Part shown: piece after piece, positions 18,301-28,240 of the stretch
Layout of the letters: the number at the start of each line of letters is the position of its first letter
Numbering within the stretch: the first letter of the stretch is position 1
Origin: Escherichia phage slur07
Length of the DNA stretch: 64,000 nucleotides
Sequence record: NC_028780.1
Direction: 5' to 3' (one strand)
Notes under the pieces: model-generated
The model's input: only the letters and a program-made list of their open reading frames with translations
Database searches by the model: none
Told to the model about the DNA's origin: nothing
Position numbers and translations under genes: made by a program

Positions 18301-18462
18301 ATATTGATTACTCGGGAGTTTTTCCCCCGAGTTTGTTTTTGTCTCAGCGATTTCTACAAAATAGTAGAAATTAGCACCAACGTCATCCCAGCGTACTTGC
18401 ACCTGATTTGCGGATAACTTGGAAATTCTGAGACTAGTGACTGAAGGTGCTTTTACTGTCAT
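15364..18462 (-). CDS. 7: baseplate wedge protein gp7
   Basis: 1032 aa, T4 gp7 length; synteny. Confidence 0.9.
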   Translation of the reverse strand: MTVKAPSVTSLRISKLSANQVQVRWDDVGANFYYFVEIAETKTNSGEKLPSNQYRWINLGYTANNSFFFDDADPLTTYIIRVATAAQDFEQSDWIYTEEFETFATNAYTFQNMIEMQLANKFIQEKFTLNNSDYVNFNNDTIMAALMNESFQFSPSYVDVSSISNFIIGENEYHEIQGSIQQVCKDINRVYLMESEGILYLFERYQPVVKVSNDKGQTWKAVKLFNDRVGYPLSKTVYYQSANTTYVLGYDKIFYGRKSTDVRWSADDVRFSSQDITFAKLGDQLHLGFDVEIFATYATLPANVYRIAEAITCTDDYIYVVARDKVRYIKTSNAPIDSDPLSPTYSERLFEPDTMTITGNPKAVCYKMDSIGDKVFALIIGEVETLNANPRTSKIIDSADKGIYVLNHDEKTWKRVFGNTEEERRRIQPGYANMSTDGKLVSLSSSNFKFLSDNVVNDPETAAKYQLIGAVKYEFPREWLADKHYHMMAFIADEKSDWETFTPQPMKYYAEPFFNWSKKSNTRCWINNSDRAVVVYADLKYTKVIENIPETSPDRLVHEYWDDGDCTIVMPNVKFTGFKKYASGMLFYKASGEIISYYDFNYRVRDTVEIIWKPTEVFLKAFLQNQEHETPWSPEEERGLADPDLRPLIGTMMPDSYLLQDSNFEAFCEAYIQYLSDGYGTQYNNLRNLIRNQYPREEHAWEYLWSEIYKRNIYLNADKRDAVARFFESRSYDFYSTKGIEASYKFLFKVLYNEEVEIEIESGAGTEYDIIVQSDSLTEDLVGQTIYTATGRCNVTYIERSYSNGKLQWTVTIHNLLGRLIAGQEVKAERLPSFEGEIIRGVKGKDLLQNNIDYINRSRSYYVMKIKSNLPSSRWKSDVIRFVHPVGFGFIAITLLTMFINVGLTLKHTETIINKYKNYKWDSGLPTEYADRVAKLTPTGEIEHDSVTGEAIYEPGPMAGVEYPLPDDYNAENNNSIFQGQLPSERRKLMSPLFDASGTTFAQFRDLVNKRLKDNIGNPRDPENPTQVKIDE

Positions 18463-20441
18463 TGTGATATAGGCTCCAAATCGATAGTTAAGTATTGTGG
18501 ACGTAAGTCATTTTCAAATACAATCAGTGAACCATCGCGAGTAAAGATAACATCATCGGTTGGGTCAGAATATAATTCAATGGTCTGAACTTCAAATTTT
18601 TCAGATGTTAAATTAATTTTAGCGATATTCCAATAAATCATGTCAGCCGGATAATTTATTTCACCGATAACATAATATTTGTCACGTCCATCAGAATTTG
18701 CTAATTTATTAAAATCATTGCCTGTATACGGCTGAATGTTTTCATTTTCTGTAACATCGCCAGAAGCAAATGGACCAATAATAACTTTACCAATTCCTTT
18801 AGAATCTCGGTCTGTTGATACTATACGAACGTCATATAATACATCTTCTTCTAAACCAGTATCAGGATTTACAACCTTTCGTCCAGAATTAAATGAAAAC
18901 GTATTAGATTCCATAGAACGATCTTTTATTTGATTATTGTATTTAATACCTGCTTCAGGCGTTTTATAGAAGTTTTGTACTTCACGAACAATTTGAATTG
19001 TCGCTGATGAACCAATGATAGAATGATCTGCATCATCTACATATGTCAACATCTTAGACTTGGCAAAAGACGAGTTAAAAATTTCTACATCTTCGGTATA
19101 ATAACGATCAATTTTATCAATTATTTGACCTTCGAGCCACTGTTCGGATTCTTGCAGCTTATTTAAAGCATATGTGACTTTTAAATTAGTCTTAATAAAA
19201 AGATAATTAGGAGAAATAATTGATGGCGTAATAGGAGCTAAATTATAGTCTTTGAGATAATTTTTAATATCTTCACGTTGCACAGTAGTTAAATACAATC
19301 CTGATTTAGGTTTAGCAGCAATAAATGCATACCCAGGTTTAGTAGAATCAGTGAAAGTCTGAACAGCTTGAATAATAGAACCAAATCTCTCTGAAACGAA
19401 TGTATCATAATCAGTCGCAGTTACGCAGCGTTGCTGGGTTTCGCGTTTAATAGTACCCAATTCGCGAATACGCTCAATATCTTCTGGATCACCGCCGCCA
19501 TCTGCTCCGACAAAATCTGGGTCGTCGTTTGGATTTTCATTAATATTGATGACAGTTATATTTGTTAATGTATCTGCATATGAAAATCCGACTGCACCAT
19601 TCGCATCTGCACCGTTAGTACTGATGTACTCAATAACAATCGTAGAGTTCTGGGTAGGTTTAAGACCTCCGATATAATTAGCGGTCAAAGCTCCTTCAGA
19701 AGCATTAACAGAAATTTCACCTTCACCAAAATAGAATTCAGTGTTTCCATCAATAGTTTCACGCATATAGTAAATCGTTGATGTTGAACCAGCATGAACC
19801 ATTGACTTTCTCGTCCAGTTAATCCATTCCGCTCCATCAACATATAATTTAACCTGGTTTCTATCAATATTTTTATCATAAATGATAATAGGTGTTAATT
19901 TATCATAAATGATTTCAGTTCTTACTATACGTCCCTGGGCCAATTTTAAACGCGGAAAATATTGGTTATTTTTATCACGAATGGCAATAACGTCTTCGGT
20001 AGAAACGAAGTTATATGGATTAACAGAAGTATCTTTTGCATATGCTAAAAAGCGAGTTCCGCGAGGAATAGTAATGTAATTCCTATTCAATGCGTCGGTG
20101 CATGTTAACATAATTTCGGTCTGCGCAGCGGATTTTGAAGTAGGTAAATATCCGTTATCTTGTGCAGCTTGAACAACTGAACTTCGTAAGTTAGCAGTAC
20201 GCATAAAGCTTTCATACACAGCAGCATTACCAAACTGTTGAATGTACAGCGTATTATAAGCCAAAAGGTCACACAGAACGTTTAATCTTGAGCCTTCAAA
20301 ATCATAATCCAAAAATTCATTTTGGCCATTAAGCCATTCAATGAGGTTTTGTTTTATTTCAGCAAACGTACCCCCGACGAATATCTCGGGAATAGCATTT
20401 GCTGTTCTTGTTAATTGATAATTTACAGGGGTATTTGCCAT
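18459..20441 (-). CDS. 6: baseplate wedge protein gp6
   Basis: 660 aa, T4 gp6 length; synteny. Confidence 0.9.
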   Translation of the reverse strand: MANTPVNYQLTRTANAIPEIFVGGTFAEIKQNLIEWLNGQNEFLDYDFEGSRLNVLCDLLAYNTLYIQQFGNAAVYESFMRTANLRSSVVQAAQDNGYLPTSKSAAQTEIMLTCTDALNRNYITIPRGTRFLAYAKDTSVNPYNFVSTEDVIAIRDKNNQYFPRLKLAQGRIVRTEIIYDKLTPIIIYDKNIDRNQVKLYVDGAEWINWTRKSMVHAGSTSTIYYMRETIDGNTEFYFGEGEISVNASEGALTANYIGGLKPTQNSTIVIEYISTNGADANGAVGFSYADTLTNITVININENPNDDPDFVGADGGGDPEDIERIRELGTIKRETQQRCVTATDYDTFVSERFGSIIQAVQTFTDSTKPGYAFIAAKPKSGLYLTTVQREDIKNYLKDYNLAPITPSIISPNYLFIKTNLKVTYALNKLQESEQWLEGQIIDKIDRYYTEDVEIFNSSFAKSKMLTYVDDADHSIIGSSATIQIVREVQNFYKTPEAGIKYNNQIKDRSMESNTFSFNSGRKVVNPDTGLEEDVLYDVRIVSTDRDSKGIGKVIIGPFASGDVTENENIQPYTGNDFNKLANSDGRDKYYVIGEINYPADMIYWNIAKINLTSEKFEVQTIELYSDPTDDVIFTRDGSLIVFENDLRPQYLTIDLEPISQ

Positions 20442-20449
20442 TTTAAATC

Positions 20450-20743
20450 CTATTTAATGAATACTTTAGATGATGCCTGAGCCACAGTATCACCGCATGA
20501 TATTGGATCAGCCATTTGAACAGCTTTCTTTCCAGTGACATATACCTTAGAAGTTCTGGGTTGTGTCACTCCGCCATGTGTTTCATATGGCTTTTTAATT
20601 TCTGTATGTTCTGTAATTGGATCACCTGCTACGAGAACAGCAATTCCTCCAGTGAATACTTTACTTTGTGTAGCATTCACAACTGTTGGAGGCCATGCTT
20701 CATGTCCAGCAGTAACACACTTATCATAACTTAATCCTGGCAT
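20450..20743 (-). CDS. 5.4: baseplate spike tip protein gp5.4 (PAAR-like)
   Basis: 97 aa, T4 gp5.4 length; Gly/Val-rich small protein between genes 5.1 and 6. Confidence 0.8.
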   Translation of the reverse strand: MPGLSYDKCVTAGHEAWPPTVVNATQSKVFTGGIAVLVAGDPITEHTEIKKPYETHGGVTQPRTSKVYVTGKKAVQMADPISCGDTVAQASSKVFIK

Positions 20744-21298
20744 TTATGACCTCTCATATACATAGCTTCTCAATTTATTAGCCCAACGGCTCCAATTTCC
20801 AACTATAGTTTTAGTATAATTTTTAACAAGAGTTTTTCTTACTGGAGCAGGAGGATCCGTTGGTTCAGTAGTATCAGAAGATGACCTAGAATTACTGCCA
20901 GAACCTCCAGATTCACTTTGTTCTTGGTAGTCATATATTAATGTTACTTCGTAAGTGAATGTCTTCTGGAGATTCTGAGGAGCTTTCCACAAATACAACT
21001 GAGTGTCAGAATCAGTTGGAAGGTCTTCCCATGAAGCAGCAGTTTTAAATTCATCATCTAAACGATATTTCAACGCGTCATTTCCGAAACCAAATACAGA
21101 TTCATATGTTCCATATAAGCGATTTTCTTCTACTAAAACCCCAGGAGTTTCTTCGTAACTAGTTATATTTATAGATACTAACGTTTCACCTGTTTCTAAT
21201 TGAGCGGTAAAGGTGACGTCGATAGAAGAACCTTCCATGGATTCTCCTAAATCAGCGCTCATTGGAAGTATATTAGCCAATGTCAATCCTCGATCCAT
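20744..21298 (-). CDS. 5.1: gp5.1-like protein, unknown function
   Basis: ORF between genes 5 and 5.4; first ATG at 21298 (track start 21301 is TTG); overlaps 3' end of gene 5; no clear SD so exact start uncertain. Confidence 0.55.
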   Translation of the reverse strand: MDRGLTLANILPMSADLGESMEGSSIDVTFTAQLETGETLVSINITSYEETPGVLVEENRLYGTYESVFGFGNDALKYRLDDEFKTAASWEDLPTDSDTQLYLWKAPQNLQKTFTYEVTLIYDYQEQSESGGSGSNSRSSSDTTEPTDPPAPVRKTLVKNYTKTIVGNWSRWANKLRSYVYERS

Positions 21299-23000
21299 CA
21301 ATTGTGTATTGACCAGATGAAATAGAACTCATAGATGCCATTTTTTCTGTCCAATCACCACCAACGTCCCAATCAACTGTTCCAGCAACTTTCCAAGAAA
21401 GATTTCCATTTACTGTATTAGTTTGATTTCCTTCAACTAAAGTGGTAGCATCTCCTTTAACTGTAATGTCAGCATTACCTTCAACTACAATAGTAACATT
21501 ACCTTTAACTAGGATAGTTCCATTACCTTCAACCGTCTTAGTTTCATCGCCACGTACAAATATTGTATTGCTTCCATCTATTTGGTGAAGACGATTATCC
21601 ATGTTGTAATAAATTTCTGATCCACCGACGTTAGTCTTTTTATCACCGGCTACCAAAAAATTACCATCAGCGTTGGTTATATCATACAAATTATCAACAG
21701 TTTTTCTTGTTCTTCTTCCTGACGGTGATACTTCTTCATAAGTTCCAGTTGGATGAACTAATCTGTATCGTTCTTGCCCAGGGGTATCATCAAATTCTTG
21801 GATATGTCCACTTTCAGTTTCCATTGTATGCACATAAGGATATTCACCTTTATATGAAGAAACTGGTTCTTTGAATAAAATTCTCGAGTCATTTGGAATA
21901 GGAGGATCAGCAGGGTCAGAAGATTTAGCTACAGTAGCAGCCATTGCTGATAGAGACCTAGCTGGGGTTTTCACTTCAACACCATATGATTCCAAATTCC
22001 CTGTAAGAATAATCATAGTAACACGGGATGCACGGCCTTTTGTTTGTTGATACCACAATGAATCACGACCAGCTTTATATGCTTTTTCCCAATCTCCGGC
22101 TAACATAGCAGTTAACATTGTGTTAAATTTAGCTACACCGCCAACACCCATCTGAAATGCCATATTTTCTAATGCCATTTGACGAGAACGGTTGACAGCT
22201 TGCCAGACTGGTCCTACTTTAGAATGTGATTTAATGTCACGTTGCATATCAGCCAAATCACGCTCAAATAAAGCTGTAGCTTCTTCCATTGTAATAGAAC
22301 CTGGATTTCCTGTAATTTCACGACCAACTTGTTTTGATAAAACTTTATTAATTTGAGCCATATCACGAACTGGCTGCTTCATGATAAGATGACCAATACC
22401 AATTGTCGGATATCCTTCGGTATCCCAATAAACTTTTAGTCTTAATCCTTCATCACGGCGAAGCATTTCAGCCATTGACATATTTGGATTATCATCAGTT
22501 GGAATTTCTGATAGTGGTCTATCATCGGGATTTATTGCAGTGTCTAGATTACTATCTTGGATAATATTAGAAGACGAATCATATCCTACTTCTCCGCCTT
22601 GGTTTAATACGTTAGTATCATTTCCTAAACGTCTAGGATATTGCCCAGTTGGGTCAGAAAATCCTTCAAGTCTATTCGGTTTTTCGCGAACTATTCCACC
22701 ATACGTGCCAAGGACAATTCCGTTAGTTTTCCATTTGTCTAAAAAATGACCATAAACTCTAGTTCCTTCTACCGGTCCAGTAACAGAACCTCCAATTCCT
22801 GACATTGCTGCAGAAGTTATAGGTTGAATAACTGACATCCATGGTAATTTTTCAGTTGGAATACCCATTACATCACCTTGTGCTCTTTGAGGTGGATGCA
22901 AACCAACCACACGAACACGAACACGACCTAATTTTAATGGGTCCATTCTATCTTCAACAACACCAACAAACCAATTAAGGTTATTACTTATCATTTCCAT
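21273..23000 (-). CDS. 5: baseplate hub / cell-puncturing protein gp5 with lysozyme domain
   Basis: 575 aa, T4 gp5 length; internal T4-lysozyme-like segment (EGYPTIGIGHL); C-terminal VxGxxxxxT beta-helix repeats. Confidence 0.93.
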   Translation of the reverse strand: MEMISNNLNWFVGVVEDRMDPLKLGRVRVRVVGLHPPQRAQGDVMGIPTEKLPWMSVIQPITSAAMSGIGGSVTGPVEGTRVYGHFLDKWKTNGIVLGTYGGIVREKPNRLEGFSDPTGQYPRRLGNDTNVLNQGGEVGYDSSSNIIQDSNLDTAINPDDRPLSEIPTDDNPNMSMAEMLRRDEGLRLKVYWDTEGYPTIGIGHLIMKQPVRDMAQINKVLSKQVGREITGNPGSITMEEATALFERDLADMQRDIKSHSKVGPVWQAVNRSRQMALENMAFQMGVGGVAKFNTMLTAMLAGDWEKAYKAGRDSLWYQQTKGRASRVTMIILTGNLESYGVEVKTPARSLSAMAATVAKSSDPADPPIPNDSRILFKEPVSSYKGEYPYVHTMETESGHIQEFDDTPGQERYRLVHPTGTYEEVSPSGRRTRKTVDNLYDITNADGNFLVAGDKKTNVGGSEIYYNMDNRLHQIDGSNTIFVRGDETKTVEGNGTILVKGNVTIVVEGNADITVKGDATTLVEGNQTNTVNGNLSWKVAGTVDWDVGGDWTEKMASMSSISSGQYTIDGSRIDIG

Positions 23001-23574
23001 AAGATTTCTCCATTATACGTATAAGGTCGTTCATAAATGAATTGATGTCTGATTTTGCTATTATTTTTATTTGACGAAGTTTTTCATTTTCAAGAACAGC
23101 AGCTTCATACGTATCGACCGCAGCAAGTGCTCCTTCATATTGAGGATATTTTCTAGCTTTATCACCTTTGTCATACCAAACATATGGATTATCATCGTAT
23201 GATATTAAATTATAAAATTTTTCACCGTTCTCATTCACATGATATACTATCTGGTCTCCACCCACATTTTTGTATTTTTGTATAGATGCTTGATAAGCAG
23301 CTTCTTGTGAAGTAATCCATCCATAATACGGATCATAATTATCATTACACATCAATAAAACCCAATACAACTGTGGATTTCCATATATAGTATTTGCTAA
23401 TTCTTCCGGGCGTGGTGAACCTTTGATATAATAAGTACGTAAGCGGTATCCCGCAAGAGCACGTTTAAAATAGTCTTTATAGTTTCTAAAAATATCTGTC
23501 ATAGGAATAGTCGGCGCGTTTTTATTCACCGTTTTGGCCGCATATTCAATCGGATCAAAAAATGTAAAGAGCAT
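22984..23574 (-). CDS. 53: baseplate wedge protein gp53
   Basis: 196 aa, T4 gp53 length; late promoter 23603-23610 upstream. Confidence 0.85.
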   Translation of the reverse strand: MLFTFFDPIEYAAKTVNKNAPTIPMTDIFRNYKDYFKRALAGYRLRTYYIKGSPRPEELANTIYGNPQLYWVLLMCNDNYDPYYGWITSQEAAYQASIQKYKNVGGDQIVYHVNENGEKFYNLISYDDNPYVWYDKGDKARKYPQYEGALAAVDTYEAAVLENEKLRQIKIIAKSDINSFMNDLIRIMEKSYGNDK

Positions 23575-23587
23575 GGGCCCTCCTGTT

Positions 23588-23595
23588 TATAAATA
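23588..23595 (+). promoter_or_regulatory. T4-type late promoter for gene 4
   Basis: Exact TATAAATA on plus strand 27 nt upstream of gene 4 ATG; divergent from the gene 53 promoter. Confidence 0.6.
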
Positions 23596-23602
23596 TATTA
23601 TC

Positions 23603-23610
23603 TATTTATA
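23603..23610 (-). promoter_or_regulatory. T4-type late promoter for gene 53
   Basis: Exact TATAAATA on minus strand in the 53/4 divergent intergenic region. Confidence 0.6.
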
Positions 23611-23621
23611 AGGAGAATCCA

Positions 23622-24074
23622 ATGGCATATTCTGGAAAATGGGTTCCTAAAAATATATCAAAGTATAGAGGTGACCCTAAAAAAATTACGTATAGATCAA
23701 ATTGGGAAAAATTCTTTTTTGAATGGTTAGATAAAAATCCAGAAATTATTGCATGGGGTAGTGAAACAGCAGTAATTCCTTATTTTTGTAATGCAGAAGG
23801 GAAAAAACGTAGATACTTCATGGATATTTGGATGAAAGATTCTTCTGGACAAGAATTTTTTATTGAAATAAAACCTAAAAAAGAAACACAACCACCAGTT
23901 AAACCAGCACATCTAACAACCGCAGCGAAGAAAAGATTTATGAATGAAATTTATACCTGGTCTGTGAACACTGATAAATGGAAAGCAGCACAATCTTTAG
24001 CTGAAAAGCGTGGAATAAAATTTAGAATTCTAACAGAAGATGGATTACGAGCTCTTGGCTTTAAGGGGGCATAA
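23622..24074 (+). CDS. 4: head completion protein gp4
   Basis: 150 aa, T4 gp4 length; divergent from gene 53 as in T4; late promoter 23588-23595. Confidence 0.85.
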   Translation: MAYSGKWVPKNISKYRGDPKKITYRSNWEKFFFEWLDKNPEIIAWGSETAVIPYFCNAEGKKRRYFMDIWMKDSSGQEFFIEIKPKKETQPPVKPAHLTTAAKKRFMNEIYTWSVNTDKWKAAQSLAEKRGIKFRILTEDGLRALGFKGA

Positions 24075-24898
24075 TGGCTATTTTTCAAATAATTAATGAA
24101 AGCACTCCCCAAGTTCCAAAGGTTAAGCAATCATTAAACGAAAAGAAATGGATTCAGATAGGTCTTGAATACAGAAAGGCCAAAGCAAAAGGAATGACAG
24201 GAAAGCAATTTGCTGAAGAAAGAGGAATCAAATACTCTACGTTTACTTCGGCAATGTCAAAATATGCTTCAGGAATTAAAACGGCTGAAAAGATTCAAAA
24301 GCTTGAATCAAAACCAATGAATAAACTCAATAAGCAAGAAAGACAACTGCTTATGATAAATTCATTCAGGCAAACATTGCGTGATAAAATTCGTAATGAA
24401 GGTGCAGCAATTAATAATAAAACCAGAAAGTGGTTTGCTGAAACTATTAAGCAAGTAAAAGGACATAAAGTTGTTCGCCCGCAGCCGGGACGAATATATG
24501 CTTTTGCTTATGATGCTAAACACAAGGAAACTCTTCCTTATTGGGATAAATTTCCTTTGATAATTTACCTTGGTTTAGGTAAGCATAATTTAATGTACGG
24601 ATTGAACTTGCACTATATTCCACCTAAAGCTCGTCAGCAATTCCTAGAAGAGCTTTTAAAGCAATATGCAAATACACCTACTATTACTAATAAAACGAAA
24701 TTAAAAATTGATTGGAGTCAAGTGAAAGGATTTAGGGGCGCAGACCAAATGATTAAGGCATATATACCTGGTAATATTATGGGTAGCCTTGTTGAAATCG
24801 CCCCGAAAGACTGGGCGAACGTTGTGTTGATGCCACTTCAGCAGTTCGTTTCAAAAGGAAAACGTTTCTCTGCAAACAAAGTCTGGTCAAATATCTAA
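24074..24898 (+). CDS. 2: DNA end protector protein gp2
   Basis: 274 aa, T4 gp2 length; TAATG overlap with gene 4. Confidence 0.85.
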   Translation: MAIFQIINESTPQVPKVKQSLNEKKWIQIGLEYRKAKAKGMTGKQFAEERGIKYSTFTSAMSKYASGIKTAEKIQKLESKPMNKLNKQERQLLMINSFRQTLRDKIRNEGAAINNKTRKWFAETIKQVKGHKVVRPQPGRIYAFAYDAKHKETLPYWDKFPLIIYLGLGKHNLMYGLNLHYIPPKARQQFLEELLKQYANTPTITNKTKLKIDWSQVKGFRGADQMIKAYIPGNIMGSLVEIAPKDWANVVLMPLQQFVSKGKRFSANKVWSNI

Positions 24899-25004
24899 TT
24901 CTATTATCTTCCATTCTTTTCTGTTGTTTGTTCTAAATGGAATTGAATGGAAGGGACTTAGACCCATTATACCACCAACAGTTATAAAGCATTATGAGGA
25001 ATAT

Positions 25005-25535
25005 ATGTCGCAAGCTCTGCAACAAATTTTTAACCAAGCAAATACAACTAACTTTGTAGTATCAATACCACATAGTAATACTACATCTGCTTTTACTTTA
25101 AATGCTCAGTCAGTTCCTATTCCAGGAATTAGAATACCTGTTACTGATACTGTGACTGGGCCGTTTGGACTGGGCCGAGCACAACGTCCAGGTGTTACAT
25201 TTGAGTATGATCCACTCATTGTGAGATTTATAGTTGATGAAGAACTTAAGTCGTGGATAGGAATGTATGAATGGATGCTAGGAACTAGCAACTATCTTAC
25301 AGGTGAAAATACTGCCCAAAAAACAGGTCCTGAATACATTACGCTTTACATCTTAGATAATAGCAAAACTGAAATCGTGATGTCAATAAATTTTTATAAG
25401 CCTTGGGTTTCTGACCTATCTGAAGTAGAATTTAGCTACACAGAAGATTCAGACCCGGCTTTAGTATGTACTGCAACGATTCCTTACACATATTTTCAAG
25501 TAGAAAAAGATGGAAAAATTATAGCAGAAGTTTAA
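25005..25535 (+). CDS. 3: tail completion / tail tube terminator protein gp3
   Basis: ATG at 25005 with SD TGAGGAA gives 176 aa (T4 gp3 length); track ORF extends 27 codons upstream. Confidence 0.8.
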   Translation: MSQALQQIFNQANTTNFVVSIPHSNTTSAFTLNAQSVPIPGIRIPVTDTVTGPFGLGRAQRPGVTFEYDPLIVRFIVDEELKSWIGMYEWMLGTSNYLTGENTAQKTGPEYITLYILDNSKTEIVMSINFYKPWVSDLSEVEFSYTEDSDPALVCTATIPYTYFQVEKDGKIIAEV

Positions 25536-25584
25536 TGCTTCAGTTTTGTGTGTTATAATCTTAATTAAATTTGAGGAGAAACAC

Positions 25585-26309
25585 ATGAAACTAATCTTTT
25601 TAAGCGGTGTAAAGCGTAGTGGAAAAGATACTACTGCTGATTTTATCATGAGCAATTATTTTGCAGTTAAATACCAACTTGCTGGTCCTATTAAGGATGC
25701 ATTGGCTTATGCATGGGGCGTATTTGCAGAAAACACTGACTATCCTTGCTTAACTCGTAAAGAGTTTGAAGGAATTGACTATGATCGTGAGACTAATTTA
25801 AATCTGACTAAATTAGAAGTAATCACGATTATGGAACAAGCATTTTGCTATCTTAATGGTAAAAGCCCGATTAAAGGTGTGTTTGTTTTTGATGACGAAG
25901 GACAAGAATCAGTTAATTCCGTAGCATTTAACAAGATTATTGACGTTATAAATAATATTGAAGATCAATGGTCAGTCCGTCGTCTGATGCAAGCCCTAGG
26001 TACGGATTTGATTGTTAATAACTTCGACCGCATGTACTGGGTAAAATTATTTGCTTTAGATTATCTTGATAAATTTAACTCAGGTTATGATTATTATATC
26101 GTTCCTGATACTCGTCAAGATCATGAAATGGATGCGGCTAGGGCGATGGGTGCTACAGTAATTCATGTAGTTCGTCCTGGTCAAAAATCCAATGATACAC
26201 ATATTACAGAAGCTGGATTGCCAATTCGTGATGGCGATTTAGTAATTACAAACGATGGTTCTCTTGAAGAACTTTTTTCTAAAATTAAAAATACACTAAA
26301 GGTACTATA

Positions 26310-26310
<1 letters not shown>
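25585..26310 (+). CDS. 1: deoxynucleoside monophosphate kinase gp1
   Basis: ATG at 25585 with SD GAGGAGAA gives 241 aa starting MKLIFLSGVKRSGKDTTADF (P-loop); T4 gp1 length. Confidence 0.9.
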
Positions 26311-27007
<697 letters not shown>

Positions 27008-27019
27008 TTTCACAAAGTT

Positions 27020-27049
27020 GTTTACATGGGGTTTTAGTAGTGATACTAT
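27020..27049 (+). promoter_or_regulatory. early (sigma70-type) promoter, -35 GTTTAC / 18 bp / -10 TACTAT
   Basis: GTTTAC 27020-27025 and TACTAT 27044-27049; drives the IPI-locus gene. Confidence 0.65.
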
Positions 27050-27060
27050 TACCCTATCAA
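27037..27060 (+). repeat. 24-nt direct repeat, copy 1 (GTAGTGATACTATTACCCTATCAA)
   Basis: Identical to 27337-27360, exactly 300 bp downstream; the two copies bracket the IPI-locus gene. Confidence 0.8.
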
Positions 27061-27085
27061 AACAAATGTGAAATTGGAGAACAAA

Positions 27086-27319
27086 ATGAAAACGTATCAA
27101 GAATTTATTGCTGAAACTGCTGATGTAAAAGTTGAGTTTATTTACACTGGCAAGAAAGATAAAATGGGTGAAATGCCTCATGGAGTTCTTCGTGATGCAT
27201 TAGATGATTTCGGTCAACTCGGTGGTGAAGAGTTTGGCGATTACTTTGTTATCTATGGCCCGGCAAAAGTCATTGAGAAATGGGCTGATAAATATAAATC
27301 AATTTTTCGTAAAAAATAA
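27086..27319 (+). CDS. internal protein with capsid targeting sequence (IPI-locus protein)
   Basis: ATG at 27086 with SD GGAGA; 77 aa starting MKTYQEFIAETAD, the T-even CTS consensus cleaved by the prohead protease; not the T4 IPI length. Confidence 0.75.
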   Translation: MKTYQEFIAETADVKVEFIYTGKKDKMGEMPHGVLRDALDDFGQLGGEEFGDYFVIYGPAKVIEKWADKYKSIFRKK

Positions 27320-27349
27320 GTTTACTTTTAGATAGGGTAGTGATACTAT
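27320..27349 (+). promoter_or_regulatory. early promoter, -35 GTTTAC / 18 bp / -10 TACTAT, -10 centred in a 9-bp-arm palindrome
   Basis: GTTTAC 27320-27325, TACTAT 27344-27349; palindrome GATAGGGTA(27331-27339)...TACCCTATC(27351-27359). Confidence 0.65.
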
Positions 27350-27360
27350 TACCCTATCAA
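27337..27360 (+). repeat. 24-nt direct repeat, copy 2
   Basis: Identical to 27037-27060. Confidence 0.8.
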
Positions 27361-27377
27361 CTACCGAGGAGAATAAA

Positions 27378-27563
27378 ATGAAACGTTGTGAATTAATTCG
27401 AAATGTTGCTATTGCAATTTCTGCTTCTGCATTTAGTTTTTCAATGTTTGTTGGATTTATATGCGGATTATTGACTACAGCAGAAAATGTATTTTCACTT
27501 GTAGTAGCATTTTTAATTGGTTTAATTGCTATCGTTATGGATAAAATTTCTAAAGGTGAATAG
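27378..27563 (+). CDS. small membrane protein (two predicted TM helices)
   Basis: 61 aa, SD GAGGAG 8 nt upstream; hydrophobic AIAISASAFSFSMFVGFICGLL... Confidence 0.55.
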   Translation: MKRCELIRNVAIAISASAFSFSMFVGFICGLLTTAENVFSLVVAFLIGLIAIVMDKISKGE

Positions 27564-27564
27564 A

Positions 27565-27945
27565 ATGTATAAAGTGTACGCTGATTATCAGGCTAATCCA
27601 TCTGAAAAGCCAGATTGCCAAATTGGATGGGCTCATGATACCCTGCTTGAAGCAGTAGATGCTGCTCAAAAATTAGGATATAGTTATGTAGATATTGTTC
27701 AACCTGGTGGAACAGTTATTACTCTTGAAGAGTTTAATAATATTAAACCAAACTTTTTACTTTTTGCAGGTGATAATTATTATCCTCGTGGTGGATATGC
27801 TGATTTAATCGCGAAAGCCGCTACCGAAGATGAACTCCGTGATATTATCAAAGAAAATGAAAACAAACCGATGTATGGTTCTAATCGCTTTGATTGGTGG
27901 CAAATTGTAAATGCCCACACTCATACTATTGTTGATGAAGGCTGA
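27565..27945 (+). CDS. hypothetical protein
   Basis: 126 aa from ATG 27565 (MYKVYADYQANP...); tightly packed after previous gene. Confidence 0.55.
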   Translation: MYKVYADYQANPSEKPDCQIGWAHDTLLEAVDAAQKLGYSYVDIVQPGGTVITLEEFNNIKPNFLLFAGDNYYPRGGYADLIAKAATEDELRDIIKENENKPMYGSNRFDWWQIVNAHTHTIVDEG

Positions 27946-27947
27946 TA

Positions 27948-28238
27948 ATGATTCTTTATGCTAAAGTATCATCCATTGAAAATGGATATAAATATGATCA
28001 AGACGCGGCTAAAGCCTTGATTGATGATTATGGCATTTTAACATGTTTTGAAGTTGAAAAGGTTTACATTGACCGTTCATCTTCTCAGGTTAAATTAGTG
28101 AAGGAAGACCGTAAATTTAATACAGTAAATTTTGATTTCTTTATTGAAACAGAAAAAGGTCCTCTTGAATATGATATTTTCAAGAATCCTTTGGGTCTTG
28201 AATGTATTCAGAAAACGTATATTAATGCAGCGTGGTGA
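27948..28238 (+). CDS. hypothetical protein
   Basis: 96 aa ORF, 2 nt after previous stop. Confidence 0.55.
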   Translation: MILYAKVSSIENGYKYDQDAAKALIDDYGILTCFEVEKVYIDRSSSQVKLVKEDRKFNTVNFDFFIETEKGPLEYDIFKNPLGLECIQKTYINAAW

Positions 28239-28240
28239 AA

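Noticed and set aside
23727-23912. Minus-strand ORF inside gene 4, and similar antisense ORFs inside plus-strand genes (25106-25291, 26181-26506, 33099-33308, 37242-37528, 40611-40904, 47041-47280, 56310-56528)
   Set aside because: Embedded antisense within well-supported genes; no expression signals.
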